From Acidobacteriota bacterium (lineage in GTDB: Bacteria > Acidobacteriota > Vicinamibacteria > Vicinamibacterales > CAVVIG01): a stretch of DNA of 64,000 nucleotides. Shown piece after piece: positions 1-9,591 of this stretch. The position numbers were made by a program, and so were the translations under genes. The stretch covers positions 16,151-80,150 of the forward strand of contig JBKPDW010000197.1 of the NCBI GenBank assembly GCA_046728115.1, read 5' to 3'. Positions within the stretch are counted from its first letter, which is position 1. Each line of letters begins with the position of its first letter. Under the pieces are notes generated by a model. It searched no databases. It was not told the DNA's origin and saw only the letters and a list, made by a program, of their open reading frames with translations.

Positions 1-343
1 GGAATTCGGCGATTGGCACATTGAATCCAACGGCGACGAAGTCGCTTGTGGCAATCAGGATGCGCATGTCGCGCGCCGGACGCTGCCATCGTTCGCCGTG
101 TCGGTAGATGTGCCAGCTGCCGTTCATACGCATATGCGTACGAAGCGTCAGACCTTCTGAAAACAGAATCAGCAGGTGTTTGCCCTGTGAACGGACCGAT
201 TCGATCGTGCGGCCGACGACGGGCATGTCATCGGCGAGGCGCATCAGTGCGGGGAACACCGACTCGAACCGGGTGACCACCTTTCGCGCCAATGCCCGGT
301 TCAATGTATGTGCGGCCCGAAAGATCGTGTCGCCTTCAGGCAA
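1..343 (-). CDS. nei: Fpg/Nei-family DNA glycosylase (endonuclease VIII-like), N-terminal part; 3' end cut by the window edge
   Basis: Absent from the ORF track because it runs off the window. My reverse-strand translation from TTG (343..341) reads (M)PEGDTIFRAAHTLNRALARKVVTRF...GKHLLILFSEGLTLRTHMRMNGSWHIY. This is the MPEG start (catalytic Pro2/Glu3) typical of Fpg/Nei/Nei2. Confidence 0.7.
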   Translation of the reverse strand, partial: MPEGDTIFRAAHTLNRALARKVVTRFESVFPALMRLADDMPVVGRTIESVRSQGKHLLILFSEGLTLRTHMRMNGSWHIYRHGERWQRPARDMRILIATSDFVAVGFNVPIAEF

Positions 344-472
344 ATCGGTCGCCAGCGAGCCTTCGGTTCCAGAGGGTCGACTCGGTAACCCGGGCCTCCA
401 ACGTGACGTCTTATCAAGGCACCATCGGTTCCGTCGGGCGCCTTCGGACGTTATACCAACTCAGGAGGCTAT

Positions 473-1114
473 ATGAGACGGACACTGTTCGCCGTTCCGC
501 TGGCTAGTCTGCTTCTTGCCAGCACCTTCGCTCCCCACGCAATTGCCCAGGAAAAGAAAGCGCGCGGTACTGTGAACGCGGTGACCCCAACGAACCTGAC
601 CGTCCAGGTTGCTGGCACGGCGATGAACTTCGCCGTGGACTCCAAGACGCACGTCGAGGCGGCAGGCGCCAGCACGGCAACCCGTAAGGCCGAGGCGGCC
701 GGAAAACCAGGCGTCACGCTCGCCGATATCATCAAGACCGGCCAGGCGGTGGAGGTGAGCTACACGGAAGCGGGCGGCGTCATGCACGCCTCCTCAATCA
801 GGCGCGTCGCGTCGGCCGGTTCCCCTCCGAGTGAGCCTACCAGTTCCAATGGCAAGGTGACGGCCATCTCGGCAGGCGCGTTGACGATCAGCGGATCGGG
901 CGGTGGCGGTGGGACGTTCACACAGAGCTTCGTCGTCGACTCGAACACACGCGTCGTTGGCAAAGGGGCGGGCACGGCGGCGCGACGCGGTGGAGGCACG
1001 GCGCCGATCAGCGACATGATCGGTGTTGGTGACAGTGTAGAGGTCTCGTTCAAAAAGATGGGCGACAAGCTCCACGCGACCGACGTGCGGGTGATGATGA
1101 AGGCGGTGAAGTAG
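473..1114 (+). CDS. Secreted protein with two tandem beta-rich repeats (possibly DUF5666-like); function unknown
   Basis: SD caggagg lies 6 nt upstream of the ATG. Signal peptide is MRRTLFAVPLASLLLASTFAPHAIAQ. Internal duplication: GTVNAVTPTNLTVQVAG..FAVDSKTHVE versus NGKVTAISAGALTISG..FVVDSNTRVV. Confidence 0.6.
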   Translation: MRRTLFAVPLASLLLASTFAPHAIAQEKKARGTVNAVTPTNLTVQVAGTAMNFAVDSKTHVEAAGASTATRKAEAAGKPGVTLADIIKTGQAVEVSYTEAGGVMHASSIRRVASAGSPPSEPTSSNGKVTAISAGALTISGSGGGGGTFTQSFVVDSNTRVVGKGAGTAARRGGGTAPISDMIGVGDSVEVSFKKMGDKLHATDVRVMMKAVK

Positions 1115-1120
1115 CGCGCG

Positions 1121-1168
1121 ATAGGCCAGGTAGGGCAGGACGGGCGGGACCGCCGTCCGTCCCGCCTA
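1121..1168. terminator. Palindrome between convergent genes (possible bidirectional terminator)
   Basis: ATAGGCcaggtaGGGCAGGACGGGCGGGACCGCCGTCCGTCCCGCCTAT. Outer ATAGGC/GCCTAT and inner GGACGG/CCGTCC arms. No clear U-tract. Confidence 0.4.
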
Positions 1169-4100
1169 TTCGCCGGAATCGTCGAAATATCGTTGCGCAA
1201 AAGGGCTCGAGACGACCGACTTCGACGGACGACTGGCGACTGTCGGCGGACGGCTGGGGGCTGCCGGTTGGCGACCGTGGATTGCTTGAAGTCCCATTGC
1301 GGTCCGGATGAATCCCACCTCGATCAGAAACGGCGCCAGCGCGTGGTCGCTGGCTGGCGTGGCGTCGATGTCCTCAATCAGCATTCCGCGCGGCGCCTCG
1401 CCGCCAGATCGCGCGCGATCGATCAGCATCTGCGACACGGCGCGGGCCACTCTCGATCGTTCGGGTTCGACCTCTGGCAGGTACGTCACCAGCTGGCGAT
1501 CGCCCCGTGCGAGATAGGCCGCGGCCGCGCCATTCACGAGAATCACGGTCGATCCCACTGAGCGCGTCGCTCCGCGGCCACTCGTTTGCCTCGAAGTTTG
1601 CGTTGCCGTGTTGGCAGCCGCCCCGGCTTGCCGCGCCGATGCCGCGTCAGCGGCGGGCCATTTCAGGGCTGCTCCGTAGGGATTCGCGGGATCGGTGGCG
1701 GCGAGGACCACCACTTCGGTTTCCTCCGGATTGCTTCGCAATGATCGGAGCAGATCGAGTGCACCGGGCATCGCGAACTGCGTTGCGCCAAGGCCGGCGA
1801 CGAAGTAACCGCGGCGCACGCGTCCCGCCTCTTCCAGTCCATTCAGCACGGGATACACGACCCCGAATCCGCCGGGGATTGATTCGACGTTCAGTGCTTC
1901 GCGGGTGACGACACCATGGCGCGCCAGCAGTTGTTGCGTGATGGCTGCGGCCCATCTGGTATTGTCGTGCTTTTGTCGCGCCGGGCTTTCAGTCCCGCGG
2001 ACGCGGCCCTCAAAGGGCTGCGCCACCAGAGTCCATCGCCCTTCGGCTGAGGGCGGAACGAGGCGACGCGAACGAAATGGTGTCGCATGCAGTCTCCGAT
2101 GCGCGGCGGAGCGCCGCGCGGGTCGGGCCCGCGTGAACGCGCGCAAGGCATGGAACGTGTCGTTGGTCACGAGTCCTCGCCACACCAGACTCCACAACGT
2201 GTCGACGGTTTCGGCGGGGTAGCCGCCGCCGACGGCTTCGTGGAGCGGCGCGAAGAACGACGCGCCCTGCGAACGAAGAAGATCAACAATCGCCGCTTCG
2301 CGTTCTGACAGGTTGCGAGTGCTGTCCGGCTCCCGCCTGCGCTCGTTCGCGATCGCGCGGCCTTCGGCGCGACTCGCCGCAGCCATGGCAACGGCGGTTG
2401 GACCGACCTGCAGTGGCGCCAGCAATCGCGGCAGATGATCGGCGAGGTACAGCGCGACTCGGCCATCGTGCTCGCCCAGTGGCTCGACGCCGACCCATGT
2501 CACCTCGCCAGCGGCGGTTACCGCGTCGAGATCCGCCGGATCGTAGAAATCGATGCGCGCCGAGAGGATTTCGGTTTCGAGAATTGACGCCGGCACCGGC
2601 GCGCCCTGCAGTTGCTCGATCGCATCCAGTAGCGCGTCGGCTCCGTGCCGCCGCTTGACGATTCCCTGCCACGTCGTGGCGAACCGACCGAGCACGGCTT
2701 GATCCACTGGCTCGACCTCGTGCCGCATTCTGGCGAGCGATCGCCGCCTCAGCATTCGCAGCACGCCGGCGTCGGTCCACTCCCGGCGCGTGCCGCCTGG
2801 ACGAAATTCGCCTTCGACGATGCGGCCCTCAGCGGTCAGGCGGGCGAGCACCATCTCGACGGCCGCGGTGCCAAGGCCGTAACGCGCTGCCAGTTCGCCG
2901 GCCGTGAACGGCGCATGCGTTCGGGCGTAGCGCAACGCGAGATCGCCGAGCGGATCGCGAACCGGCAAGAGCAGCGATTCCGGCAACCCCGGAGGCAGCG
3001 GCGCGCCGAGAGCGTCGCGCATCCGCGCCGCATCTTCGACCGCGATGAATCGCGGCTTGCCGGCAATTCGAATCGAAATGGCACGGCGCGCCGCGACCAA
3101 TTCCACGATGGTCGCCGCGGTTTCTGCGGATGCTGAACGCTCCCGGATCTCCGACTCGCTGAGATCGCCGACCGACAGGAGCATGTCGTGCACGCCATCC
3201 GCACTCCTGACGTGATACTGCGGATCGAGCCGTTGCAGCTGACGCTCCACCGCGTCGATCGCGTCGGCGTCCAGCAGTTCGCGCAGTTCGGCATCGCCGA
3301 TCAGCTCCCGCAGCTGCGCCTGATCGACCGCAAGCGCCTGCGCCCGCCGTTCAGCCAGCGGCGCGTCGCCGTCGTAGATGAAACTCGCCACGTAGCTGAA
3401 AAGCAGCGATGCCGCAAACGGCGACGGCGTCTCGGTGTCCACGGTGGCGACGCGGACCTTCCGGCTCCGCACGTCCGCGAGCGTGGACACGAGCGCCGGC
3501 ATGTCGAAGAAATCGCGGAGGCACTCGCGATAGGTTTCCAGCAGGACCGGGAACGATCCGTAGCGCGACGCGACCGCCAGCAGATCGGCGGCGCGCTTGC
3601 GCTGCTGCCACAGCGGCGCCCGCGTCCCCGGCCGTCGCTTGGGCAGGAGGAGCGATCGCGCAGCGTTTTCGCGGAACTTCGACGCGAACAGCGCGGTCGC
3701 GCCGAGTTGCCGGACGACGAGCGCCTGCACCTCGTCTGGATCCGGAAGGAGCAGTTGAGGCTCCGGCGGCTGATCGACGTCCGGAAAGCGCACAACGAAG
3801 CCGTCGTCGCCCCACAGGATTTCGACATCAGCACCGGTTTCCTCGCGAATCTTCGCCGCGACCGCCATCGCCCAGGGCGCATGGATGCGGCCGCCACGCG
3901 GCGACAGCACGCAGACCCGCCAGTCGCCGAGCTCGTCACGGACGCGCTCGATGACGATGGTCCCTGCGTCGGGCACCGCACGGGCGGCGCTCATCTGGTC
4001 CCTCAGATACTGCAGAAGGTTTGCGGCTGCGCGAACGTCGAGATCGTGATCCTTCGTGAGACGTTCGAGTGCCGCTGGTTCGGGCAGGCGCAGCAGGTCG

Positions 4101-6058
4101 TGCATCAGCCGGCCGATAGCCAGACCGAGCTCCAACGGACGGCCGGCGCGATCGCCCTTCCAGAACGGCATCTTGCCCGGCTCGCCGGGCGCAGGCGAGA
4201 CGAGCACGCGATCGTGCGTGATTTCGACGATGCGCCACGACGACGCGCCGAGGACGAAGGTTTCACCGACGCGGCTCTCGAACACCATCTCCTCGTCGAG
4301 CTCGCCGACGCGTGCAGCCCCCGGCGGCGCACCGAGGAGAAATACGCCGAAGAGGCCGCGATCCGGGATCGTCCCGCCATTCGCCACGGCGACGCGCTTC
4401 GCGCCTTCACGGCCGGTGAGCGTACCCGCTACTCGATCCCACGTGAGCCGCGGGCGCAGCTCGGCGAATTCGTCGGACGGGTAGCGCCCGGAGAGCATGT
4501 CGAGCACGCCCTCGAACACCGTGCGGCTCAATTCCGCAAACGGGGCAGCGCGGCGGACGGTCGCGAGCAGTTCGTCCACCTTCCAGTCGTCCATCGATGT
4601 CATCGCCACGATCTGCTGCGCGAGGATATCGAGCGGATTTCGAGGGAAGCGTGTTGCTTCGACCGATCCCTCGTGCATCGCCCTCGCGACCGCGGCGCAG
4701 GCCACGAGATCGCCTCGGAACTTCGGAAAGATCACGCCCTCGCTGACCGCGTTTGCCTGGTGGCCGCCCCGGCCGATGCGCTGCAGGCCGCTTGCCACCG
4801 ATGGCGGCGCCTCGATTTGCACAACCAGGTCGATCGCGCCCATGTCGATCCCGAGCTCGAGAGACGAAGTGGCGACAAGCGCGCGGAGGGCGCCGGCCTT
4901 GAGCAGATCCTCGACCTCCATACGCTGCGGGCGGGCGATCGATCCGTGGTGCGAACGCACGAGTGTTTCGCCCGCAAGCTCGTTGAGTGCGCCAGCCAGA
5001 CGTTCGGCGAGGCGGCGGCTGTTGACGAAGATGAGTGTCGACCGGTGCGCGCGGATCAGCTCGAGCAGCCTGGGATGAATGGCCGACCAGATCGACGGCC
5101 GCGTGTCGCCCATCGACGCCGGCCCACTCGGAATATCATCCGCCGTCGTCAGCTTCGCCATGTCCTCGACAGGGACATCGATCGTGAGTTGCAGCGCCTT
5201 TTTCGCGCCGGCGTCGACGATCGTGACGGGTCGATAGTGGAGGGGACCAGCGTGGATCGCGAATTCGTTCGCGATGTCGGTTGCCTCGGCCAAACCCTGC
5301 GTCTTGCGATCGTGAGCGCCACGGACCGGTAATGCGTTCGTCCGAGTGTGACGACGCGAAGCCTTCGCCTCGTGCGAACCGTGTGACGCGACTCCGCCCA
5401 GGAATCTTGCGACTTCATCCAGCGGCCGCTGCGTCGCCGACAGGCCGATGCGCTGCGGCGACCGCTGGCACAGTGTCTCGAGCCGTTCGAGCGACAACGC
5501 GAGGTGCGCGCCGCGCTTGGTCGGGACGAGCGCGTGGATCTCGTCGATGATGACGGTGTCGATCGAACGCAGCGCATCGCGCGCGTTTGCGGTGAGGAGC
5601 AGGTATAGCGATTCAGGCGTAGTGATCAGGATGTCCGCAGGCTCGCGCTGAAACCGCGCCCGATCGCGCTGGGGCGTATCGCCAGTGCGGACCGCGATGG
5701 CCGGCGTCACGAACTCGTCGCCCCGCCGCGACGCCAGCTGCGCGATCCCCGCGAGCGGCGCCCGAAGGTTCCGTTCCACGTCCACCGCGAGTGCCTTGAG
5801 CGGGGAGACGTACAGCACGCGGCAGCGGGCGTTCTTCGCGGGCAGGGGCGAGAACATCAGCCGATCGAGGCACGAGAGAAAGGCGGCCAACGTCTTGCCG
5901 CTGCCCGTTGGCGCGAGGATCAGGGTCGAGTCGCCGCGCGCGATCGCCGGCCAGCCGAGGCTCTGCGGCCGCGTGGGTGCGTCGAACGCCGATGTAAACC
6001 ACTCGCGCGTCGCCGGCTGAAATGCCGCGAGAACATCAATGGGCGCCGATCTGGACAC
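1166..6058 (-). CDS. lhr: Lhr-family ATP-dependent DEAD/DEAH-box helicase (large helicase-related protein), 1630 aa
   Basis: N-terminus ...LILAPTGSGKTLAAF (Walker A), DEIH box (VIIDEIHAL), motif VI (QRIGRGGH), and a long Lhr-type C-terminal extension. The long antisense ORFs over it are high-GC shadow ORFs. Confidence 0.9.
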   Translation of the reverse strand: MSRSAPIDVLAAFQPATREWFTSAFDAPTRPQSLGWPAIARGDSTLILAPTGSGKTLAAFLSCLDRLMFSPLPAKNARCRVLYVSPLKALAVDVERNLRAPLAGIAQLASRRGDEFVTPAIAVRTGDTPQRDRARFQREPADILITTPESLYLLLTANARDALRSIDTVIIDEIHALVPTKRGAHLALSLERLETLCQRSPQRIGLSATQRPLDEVARFLGGVASHGSHEAKASRRHTRTNALPVRGAHDRKTQGLAEATDIANEFAIHAGPLHYRPVTIVDAGAKKALQLTIDVPVEDMAKLTTADDIPSGPASMGDTRPSIWSAIHPRLLELIRAHRSTLIFVNSRRLAERLAGALNELAGETLVRSHHGSIARPQRMEVEDLLKAGALRALVATSSLELGIDMGAIDLVVQIEAPPSVASGLQRIGRGGHQANAVSEGVIFPKFRGDLVACAAVARAMHEGSVEATRFPRNPLDILAQQIVAMTSMDDWKVDELLATVRRAAPFAELSRTVFEGVLDMLSGRYPSDEFAELRPRLTWDRVAGTLTGREGAKRVAVANGGTIPDRGLFGVFLLGAPPGAARVGELDEEMVFESRVGETFVLGASSWRIVEITHDRVLVSPAPGEPGKMPFWKGDRAGRPLELGLAIGRLMHDLLRLPEPAALERLTKDHDLDVRAAANLLQYLRDQMSAARAVPDAGTIVIERVRDELGDWRVCVLSPRGGRIHAPWAMAVAAKIREETGADVEILWGDDGFVVRFPDVDQPPEPQLLLPDPDEVQALVVRQLGATALFASKFRENAARSLLLPKRRPGTRAPLWQQRKRAADLLAVASRYGSFPVLLETYRECLRDFFDMPALVSTLADVRSRKVRVATVDTETPSPFAASLLFSYVASFIYDGDAPLAERRAQALAVDQAQLRELIGDAELRELLDADAIDAVERQLQRLDPQYHVRSADGVHDMLLSVGDLSESEIRERSASAETAATIVELVAARRAISIRIAGKPRFIAVEDAARMRDALGAPLPPGLPESLLLPVRDPLGDLALRYARTHAPFTAGELAARYGLGTAAVEMVLARLTAEGRIVEGEFRPGGTRREWTDAGVLRMLRRRSLARMRHEVEPVDQAVLGRFATTWQGIVKRRHGADALLDAIEQLQGAPVPASILETEILSARIDFYDPADLDAVTAAGEVTWVGVEPLGEHDGRVALYLADHLPRLLAPLQVGPTAVAMAAASRAEGRAIANERRREPDSTRNLSEREAAIVDLLRSQGASFFAPLHEAVGGGYPAETVDTLWSLVWRGLVTNDTFHALRAFTRARPARRSAAHRRLHATPFRSRRLVPPSAEGRWTLVAQPFEGRVRGTESPARQKHDNTRWAAAITQQLLARHGVVTREALNVESIPGGFGVVYPVLNGLEEAGRVRRGYFVAGLGATQFAMPGALDLLRSLRSNPEETEVVVLAATDPANPYGAALKWPAADAASARQAGAAANTATQTSRQTSGRGATRSVGSTVILVNGAAAAYLARGDRQLVTYLPEVEPERSRVARAVSQMLIDRARSGGEAPRGMLIEDIDATPASDHALAPFLIEVGFIRTAMGLQAIHGRQPAAPSRPPTVASRPSKSVVSSPFAQRYFDDSGE

Positions 6059-6090
6059 AGCGTGATCTTATAATGTGATGCGGGGGGCCC

Positions 6091-6351
6091 ATGGGAGACG
6101 CGGGCGAGGGATTGATCGACGCGGATGCGCGCATTCAGGAGCGCATGGAAGAACTGGAGCGCGAGCGCAAGCAGGCGCGCGCCAAGGTCGTCCGCGATCC
6201 GGAGAAAGTGCAGGCGCTCGAATCGCTGAGGCTCGCGCGCAAGGAGCTCGAACGTCAGCTCGCGGCCACGGCCCACGAGCAGCGTCGAACCCAGTTGCGG
6301 CAGGCTCTCGAGGAGCTCGACCGCCGCACCGCGGCAGCACAAGACGCATGA
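6091..6351 (+). CDS. Small charged coiled-coil protein, hypothetical
   Basis: 86-aa ORF rich in E/R/K/L heptad-like sequence (ERMEELERERKQARAK...LARKELERQL). It ends 20 nt before the next gene. No recognisable family. Confidence 0.4.
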   Translation: MGDAGEGLIDADARIQERMEELERERKQARAKVVRDPEKVQALESLRLARKELERQLAATAHEQRRTQLRQALEELDRRTAAAQDA

Positions 6352-6370
6352 CCGGGTGATGTCGTAAAGG

Positions 6371-7984
6371 GTGATCGAGCTCGCCCATCGCTATCACGAC
6401 GGCACGAAACACCACTTCCATCGATTTGCCCGGTCGCTTGGCTATCTCGACTGGGCCTCGCAGCCGAGTCCTTTTCGGGCCTTCCACCACGCGCGCCAGA
6501 TCCCGCTCGCACCACGACCGGACGCAGCGCGCGAAACAGCCGCCCTCGGCCATCTCCTTCGTTACTCGCTCGGGCTCTCCGCCTGGAAGCAGTTCCGCGG
6601 ATCGAGATGGTCCTTGCGCGTCAACCCGTCGAGCGGCAACCTGCATCCCACCGAAGCCTACGTGTTGACGGGTCCAATTCCCGGAGTCTCCGATTCAGCC
6701 GGGTTGTACCACTACGCGGCCGATCGTCATGCGATCGAAGAGCGATGCGCATTCGACGGCGAAGCGTGGGCGAGCATCGTCCCTGCCGAGACGATGCTGG
6801 TGGTGCTGACGTCGATCCACTGGCGCGAAGCGTGGAAATATGGCGAGCGCGCGTTTCGCTATTGCCAGCACGATCTAGGGCACGCCATCGCGGCTGTGAG
6901 CATTGCCGCGGCTCTCGATGCGCATCGTGTCGTGATGCTCCCTGAATGGTCGCAGCGCGATATCGCGTCGCTCGTCGGGATCGATCGCGATGAGGACTAT
7001 TTCGAAGCCGAGAGGGAGGAACCGGGTTGCCTGCTGGCGGTCACCAGTGAGCCATCCGAACGTCGCGCTTCAACGTTGCTCGGGGCGACCCTGCGGACCT
7101 CGAAGGGTCGGGACGCGCTGATGCGCGCCGTTCGGAGCGGACGATGGACCGGGCGAGCCAGCCAGCTGAGCGAAGACCACGTGCAGTGGACGTTTATCGA
7201 CGAGATTGCGCAGGCGACAGATGACGCAGGCCACCCGTCCCCACCCGCTCCGCCTGCCTTCCCCACCGCAGCGGCCTCTCTCGCCCGACGCGCTCTCCTT
7301 CTTCAACGCCGCAGCGCACTCGCGCTCGACGGTGTTTCCACGGTTGGTCAGGAGAGGTTCTACACGATCCTCGCGCAGGCGATGCCGGTGGCTGGAGCGC
7401 CGTGGGACGCGGTATGGTGGGACGCGCGCATTCATCTCGCGCTGTTCGTCCATCGCGTCGATGATTTCGTGCCGGGCTTGTATCTTCTCGTGAGGAACGC
7501 CCGATGTCTCGATCGCCTCAGGGCTGCGTGCAACCCCGAGTTTCTCTGGGAACGTGTACACGAGACGTTGCCGCTCTTCCGGCTCGCACGCGGAGAATGC
7601 CGCGCGCTGTCGCAGCGACTGAGTTGTGATCAGACGATTGCGGCGGACGGCTTCTTCAGTCTTGCCATGCTGGCGGACTTCGACGCGAGCCTCGAGGAAT
7701 TCGGTCCGTCGTTCTATCGTCATCTATTCTGGGAGTCGGGCGTCGTCGGACAGGCGTTGTATCTCGCAGGCGAAGCAGCCGGCGCACGCGGGACCGGCAT
7801 TGGCTGCTTTTACGACGATCCCGTTCACGAAGTGATCGGGCTCTCAGGCCACGCCTTTCAGAGTCTCTATCACTTCACGATCGGGATGCCGATCGAAGAC
7901 ACGAGGCTGACTACGGAGCCGGGATACCGGTGGGAAGTACGGGAACCGCTTCGAGCCGTTCAGGAGTTGTCCAGCCGGGCTTAG
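6371..7984 (+). CDS. SagB/ThcOx-type (nitroreductase-fold) oxidoreductase with two tandem nitroreductase-like halves
   Basis: GTG start. N-terminus YHDGTKHHFHRFARSLGYLDWASQPSPFR matches the SagB-type dehydrogenase signature (YH..TKH...LDW..QP.PF). The second half ends ...GTGIGCFYDD.VH, which is typical of nitroreductase-family C-termini. Confidence 0.75.
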   Translation: MIELAHRYHDGTKHHFHRFARSLGYLDWASQPSPFRAFHHARQIPLAPRPDAARETAALGHLLRYSLGLSAWKQFRGSRWSLRVNPSSGNLHPTEAYVLTGPIPGVSDSAGLYHYAADRHAIEERCAFDGEAWASIVPAETMLVVLTSIHWREAWKYGERAFRYCQHDLGHAIAAVSIAAALDAHRVVMLPEWSQRDIASLVGIDRDEDYFEAEREEPGCLLAVTSEPSERRASTLLGATLRTSKGRDALMRAVRSGRWTGRASQLSEDHVQWTFIDEIAQATDDAGHPSPPAPPAFPTAAASLARRALLLQRRSALALDGVSTVGQERFYTILAQAMPVAGAPWDAVWWDARIHLALFVHRVDDFVPGLYLLVRNARCLDRLRAACNPEFLWERVHETLPLFRLARGECRALSQRLSCDQTIAADGFFSLAMLADFDASLEEFGPSFYRHLFWESGVVGQALYLAGEAAGARGTGIGCFYDDPVHEVIGLSGHAFQSLYHFTIGMPIEDTRLTTEPGYRWEVREPLRAVQELSSRA

Positions 7985-8154
7985 GGTGCGGCGAGAACGT
8001 CGCCGCGCGCGGCGAGAGCATGCCTTTGCCGTTCAATCGGGCGGCGATCGTCGCGATTGGCGGGGAGTGATGCGCCGAATCAATTCCCCACGCCCGATGC
8101 CGCACGTCGAACGCCGGCTCTGACATCTGAATTCGGAAATGTGACTGTGTTAGC

Positions 8155-8577
8155 ATGAGGCGTCAGCTTGCGAAATCGTTCACAAGCTCGACGACTGTCC
8201 TTATGCAGGGTTGGGTCTCCATCCTGATGATGATCGCGCTGGGCGCCGGCTTCGCGCTGATCTCGGTCCTGTTGTCGTCGGTGCTCGGCCCGCGCAAGCC
8301 CACCCCGGAAAAGGCGGCGCCCTACGAGTGCGGCATGCCGCCGGTCGGTGACGCGCGTGAGCGTCAGTCGGTCAAGTTCTACCTGGTGGCGATGATCTTT
8401 CTCTTGTTCGACATCGAAGTCGCGTTCCTGTACCCATGGGCCATGGCCCTGCGCGATCTCGGCTGGACCGGGTTCATCCAGGTGGTGATTTTCGTGGCGT
8501 TGCTGCTCGCCGGCTACGTCTACGTGTGGCGGAAACGCGTCCTGGACTGGGATCAGGAGATCGTTGCGCGGCGATAG
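8155..8577 (+). CDS. nuoA: NADH-quinone oxidoreductase subunit A
   Basis: [41 protein letters not shown]. An alternative, more typical start is ATG 8203 (MQGWVS...). Confidence 0.85.
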   Translation: MRRQLAKSFTSSTTVLMQGWVSILMMIALGAGFALISVLLSSVLGPRKPTPEKAAPYECGMPPVGDARERQSVKFYLVAMIFLLFDIEVAFLYPWAMALRDLGWTGFIQVVIFVALLLAGYVYVWRKRVLDWDQEIVARR

Positions 8578-8581
8578 ACCT

Positions 8582-9046
8582 ATGGGCATCGAGTCCGAGA
8601 TCCCCGTGTTGACCACGACCGTGGAAAAGATGGTGCAGTGGGCGCGGCGATCGTCGATCTGGCCGGTCACATTCGGTCTCGCGTGCTGCGCGATCGAGAT
8701 GATGTCGATGAGCTGTTCGCGCTACGACATCGCCCGCTTCGGCGCGGAAGTGTTCCGCGGCAGCCCGCGGCAGTCGGATCTGATGATCGTTGCCGGCCGC
8801 CTCTCCCGCAAGATGGCGCCGGCGCTTCGCCGCATCTACGACCAGATGCCTGAGCCCAAGTGGGTCATTTCGATGGGCGCGTGCGCATCGATCGGCGGCG
8901 TGTTCGACAATTACGCGCTCGTGCAAGGTGTCGATCAAATCGTGCCGGTCGACGTCTACGTTCCCGGGTGCCCGCCGCGTCCCGAGTCGCTCATCTACGG
9001 CATCGTGCAGCTGCAACGCAAGATCTCCCAGCAGAAACTCGCCTGA
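8582..9046 (+). CDS. nuoB: NADH-quinone oxidoreductase subunit B
   Basis: [19 protein letters not shown] and VPGCPPRPE (N2 cluster ligands). ATG 8582 chosen over the TTG 8564 of the ORF track. Confidence 0.95.
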   Translation: MGIESEIPVLTTTVEKMVQWARRSSIWPVTFGLACCAIEMMSMSCSRYDIARFGAEVFRGSPRQSDLMIVAGRLSRKMAPALRRIYDQMPEPKWVISMGACASIGGVFDNYALVQGVDQIVPVDVYVPGCPPRPESLIYGIVQLQRKISQQKLA

Positions 9047-9591
9047 TGGCCGGCGACGCGCTGCTTGGTCGGCTGCAGCAAGCGGCTCCGGGCGTCGAGT
9101 TCGAACACGCGCCCTCGATCGATCTGCAGACCACCGTGTATGTGACGCGCGACGATCTGCCGCAAGTTGCGCGGGCGCTTCGCGATGCGCCCGATCTCGA
9201 TTTCGCGTTGCTTGCCGAGCTGACGGCCGTCGACTACTGGCCGCGTGAGCCTCGTTTCGAGCTCGTCTATCTTCTCGTTTCGATCAGTCAGCGTCATCGG
9301 CTGCGCATGAAGGTGAGGCTGGGAGGCGAGCAAGCACGCATCGCGACGGTCACCGGCGTGTGGCCTGCCGCCAATTGGCTCGAGCGCGAGGTGTGGGATC
9401 TGTTTGGAATCGAGTTCGAGGGGCACCCCGATCTGCGGCGGCTGCTGATGCCGGAGGATTGGGAGGGCTTTCCGCTTCGCAAGGACTATCCGGTCCAGAT
9501 TCGCAAGACGCCGCAAGCCGTCGAGCCGCTGCAGGTGACCGCCGAGGAGTTCCGCGCCAGCGTCGAGCGCGATCGATTGAGACGCGGATAA
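9046..9591 (+). CDS. nuoC: NADH-quinone oxidoreductase subunit C
   Basis: The ATG at 9046 overlaps the nuoB stop (cTGATGg). Contains WPAANWLEREVWDLFGIEFEGHPDLRRLLM. The upstream part of ORF 8860..9591 is a shadow over nuoB. Confidence 0.9.
   Translation: MAGDALLGRLQQAAPGVEFEHAPSIDLQTTVYVTRDDLPQVARALRDAPDLDFALLAELTAVDYWPREPRFELVYLLVSISQRHRLRMKVRLGGEQARIATVTGVWPAANWLEREVWDLFGIEFEGHPDLRRLLMPEDWEGFPLRKDYPVQIRKTPQAVEPLQVTAEEFRASVERDRLRRG

Noticed and set aside
3188-5332. 714-aa plus-strand ORF, and many other ORFs of 100-600 aa antisense to or overlapping real genes. Examples are 9714-10730, 13466-14560, 14858-16207, 17469-18413, 18851-20434, 48724-50226, 53562-54569, 58622-60445 and 60482-61897.
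   Set aside because: These are typical high-GC shadow ORFs. They are Arg/Ala/Pro/Gly-rich low-complexity translations with no recognisable motifs. Each lies opposite or out of frame to a gene with unmistakable conserved motifs and strong third-position GC bias.
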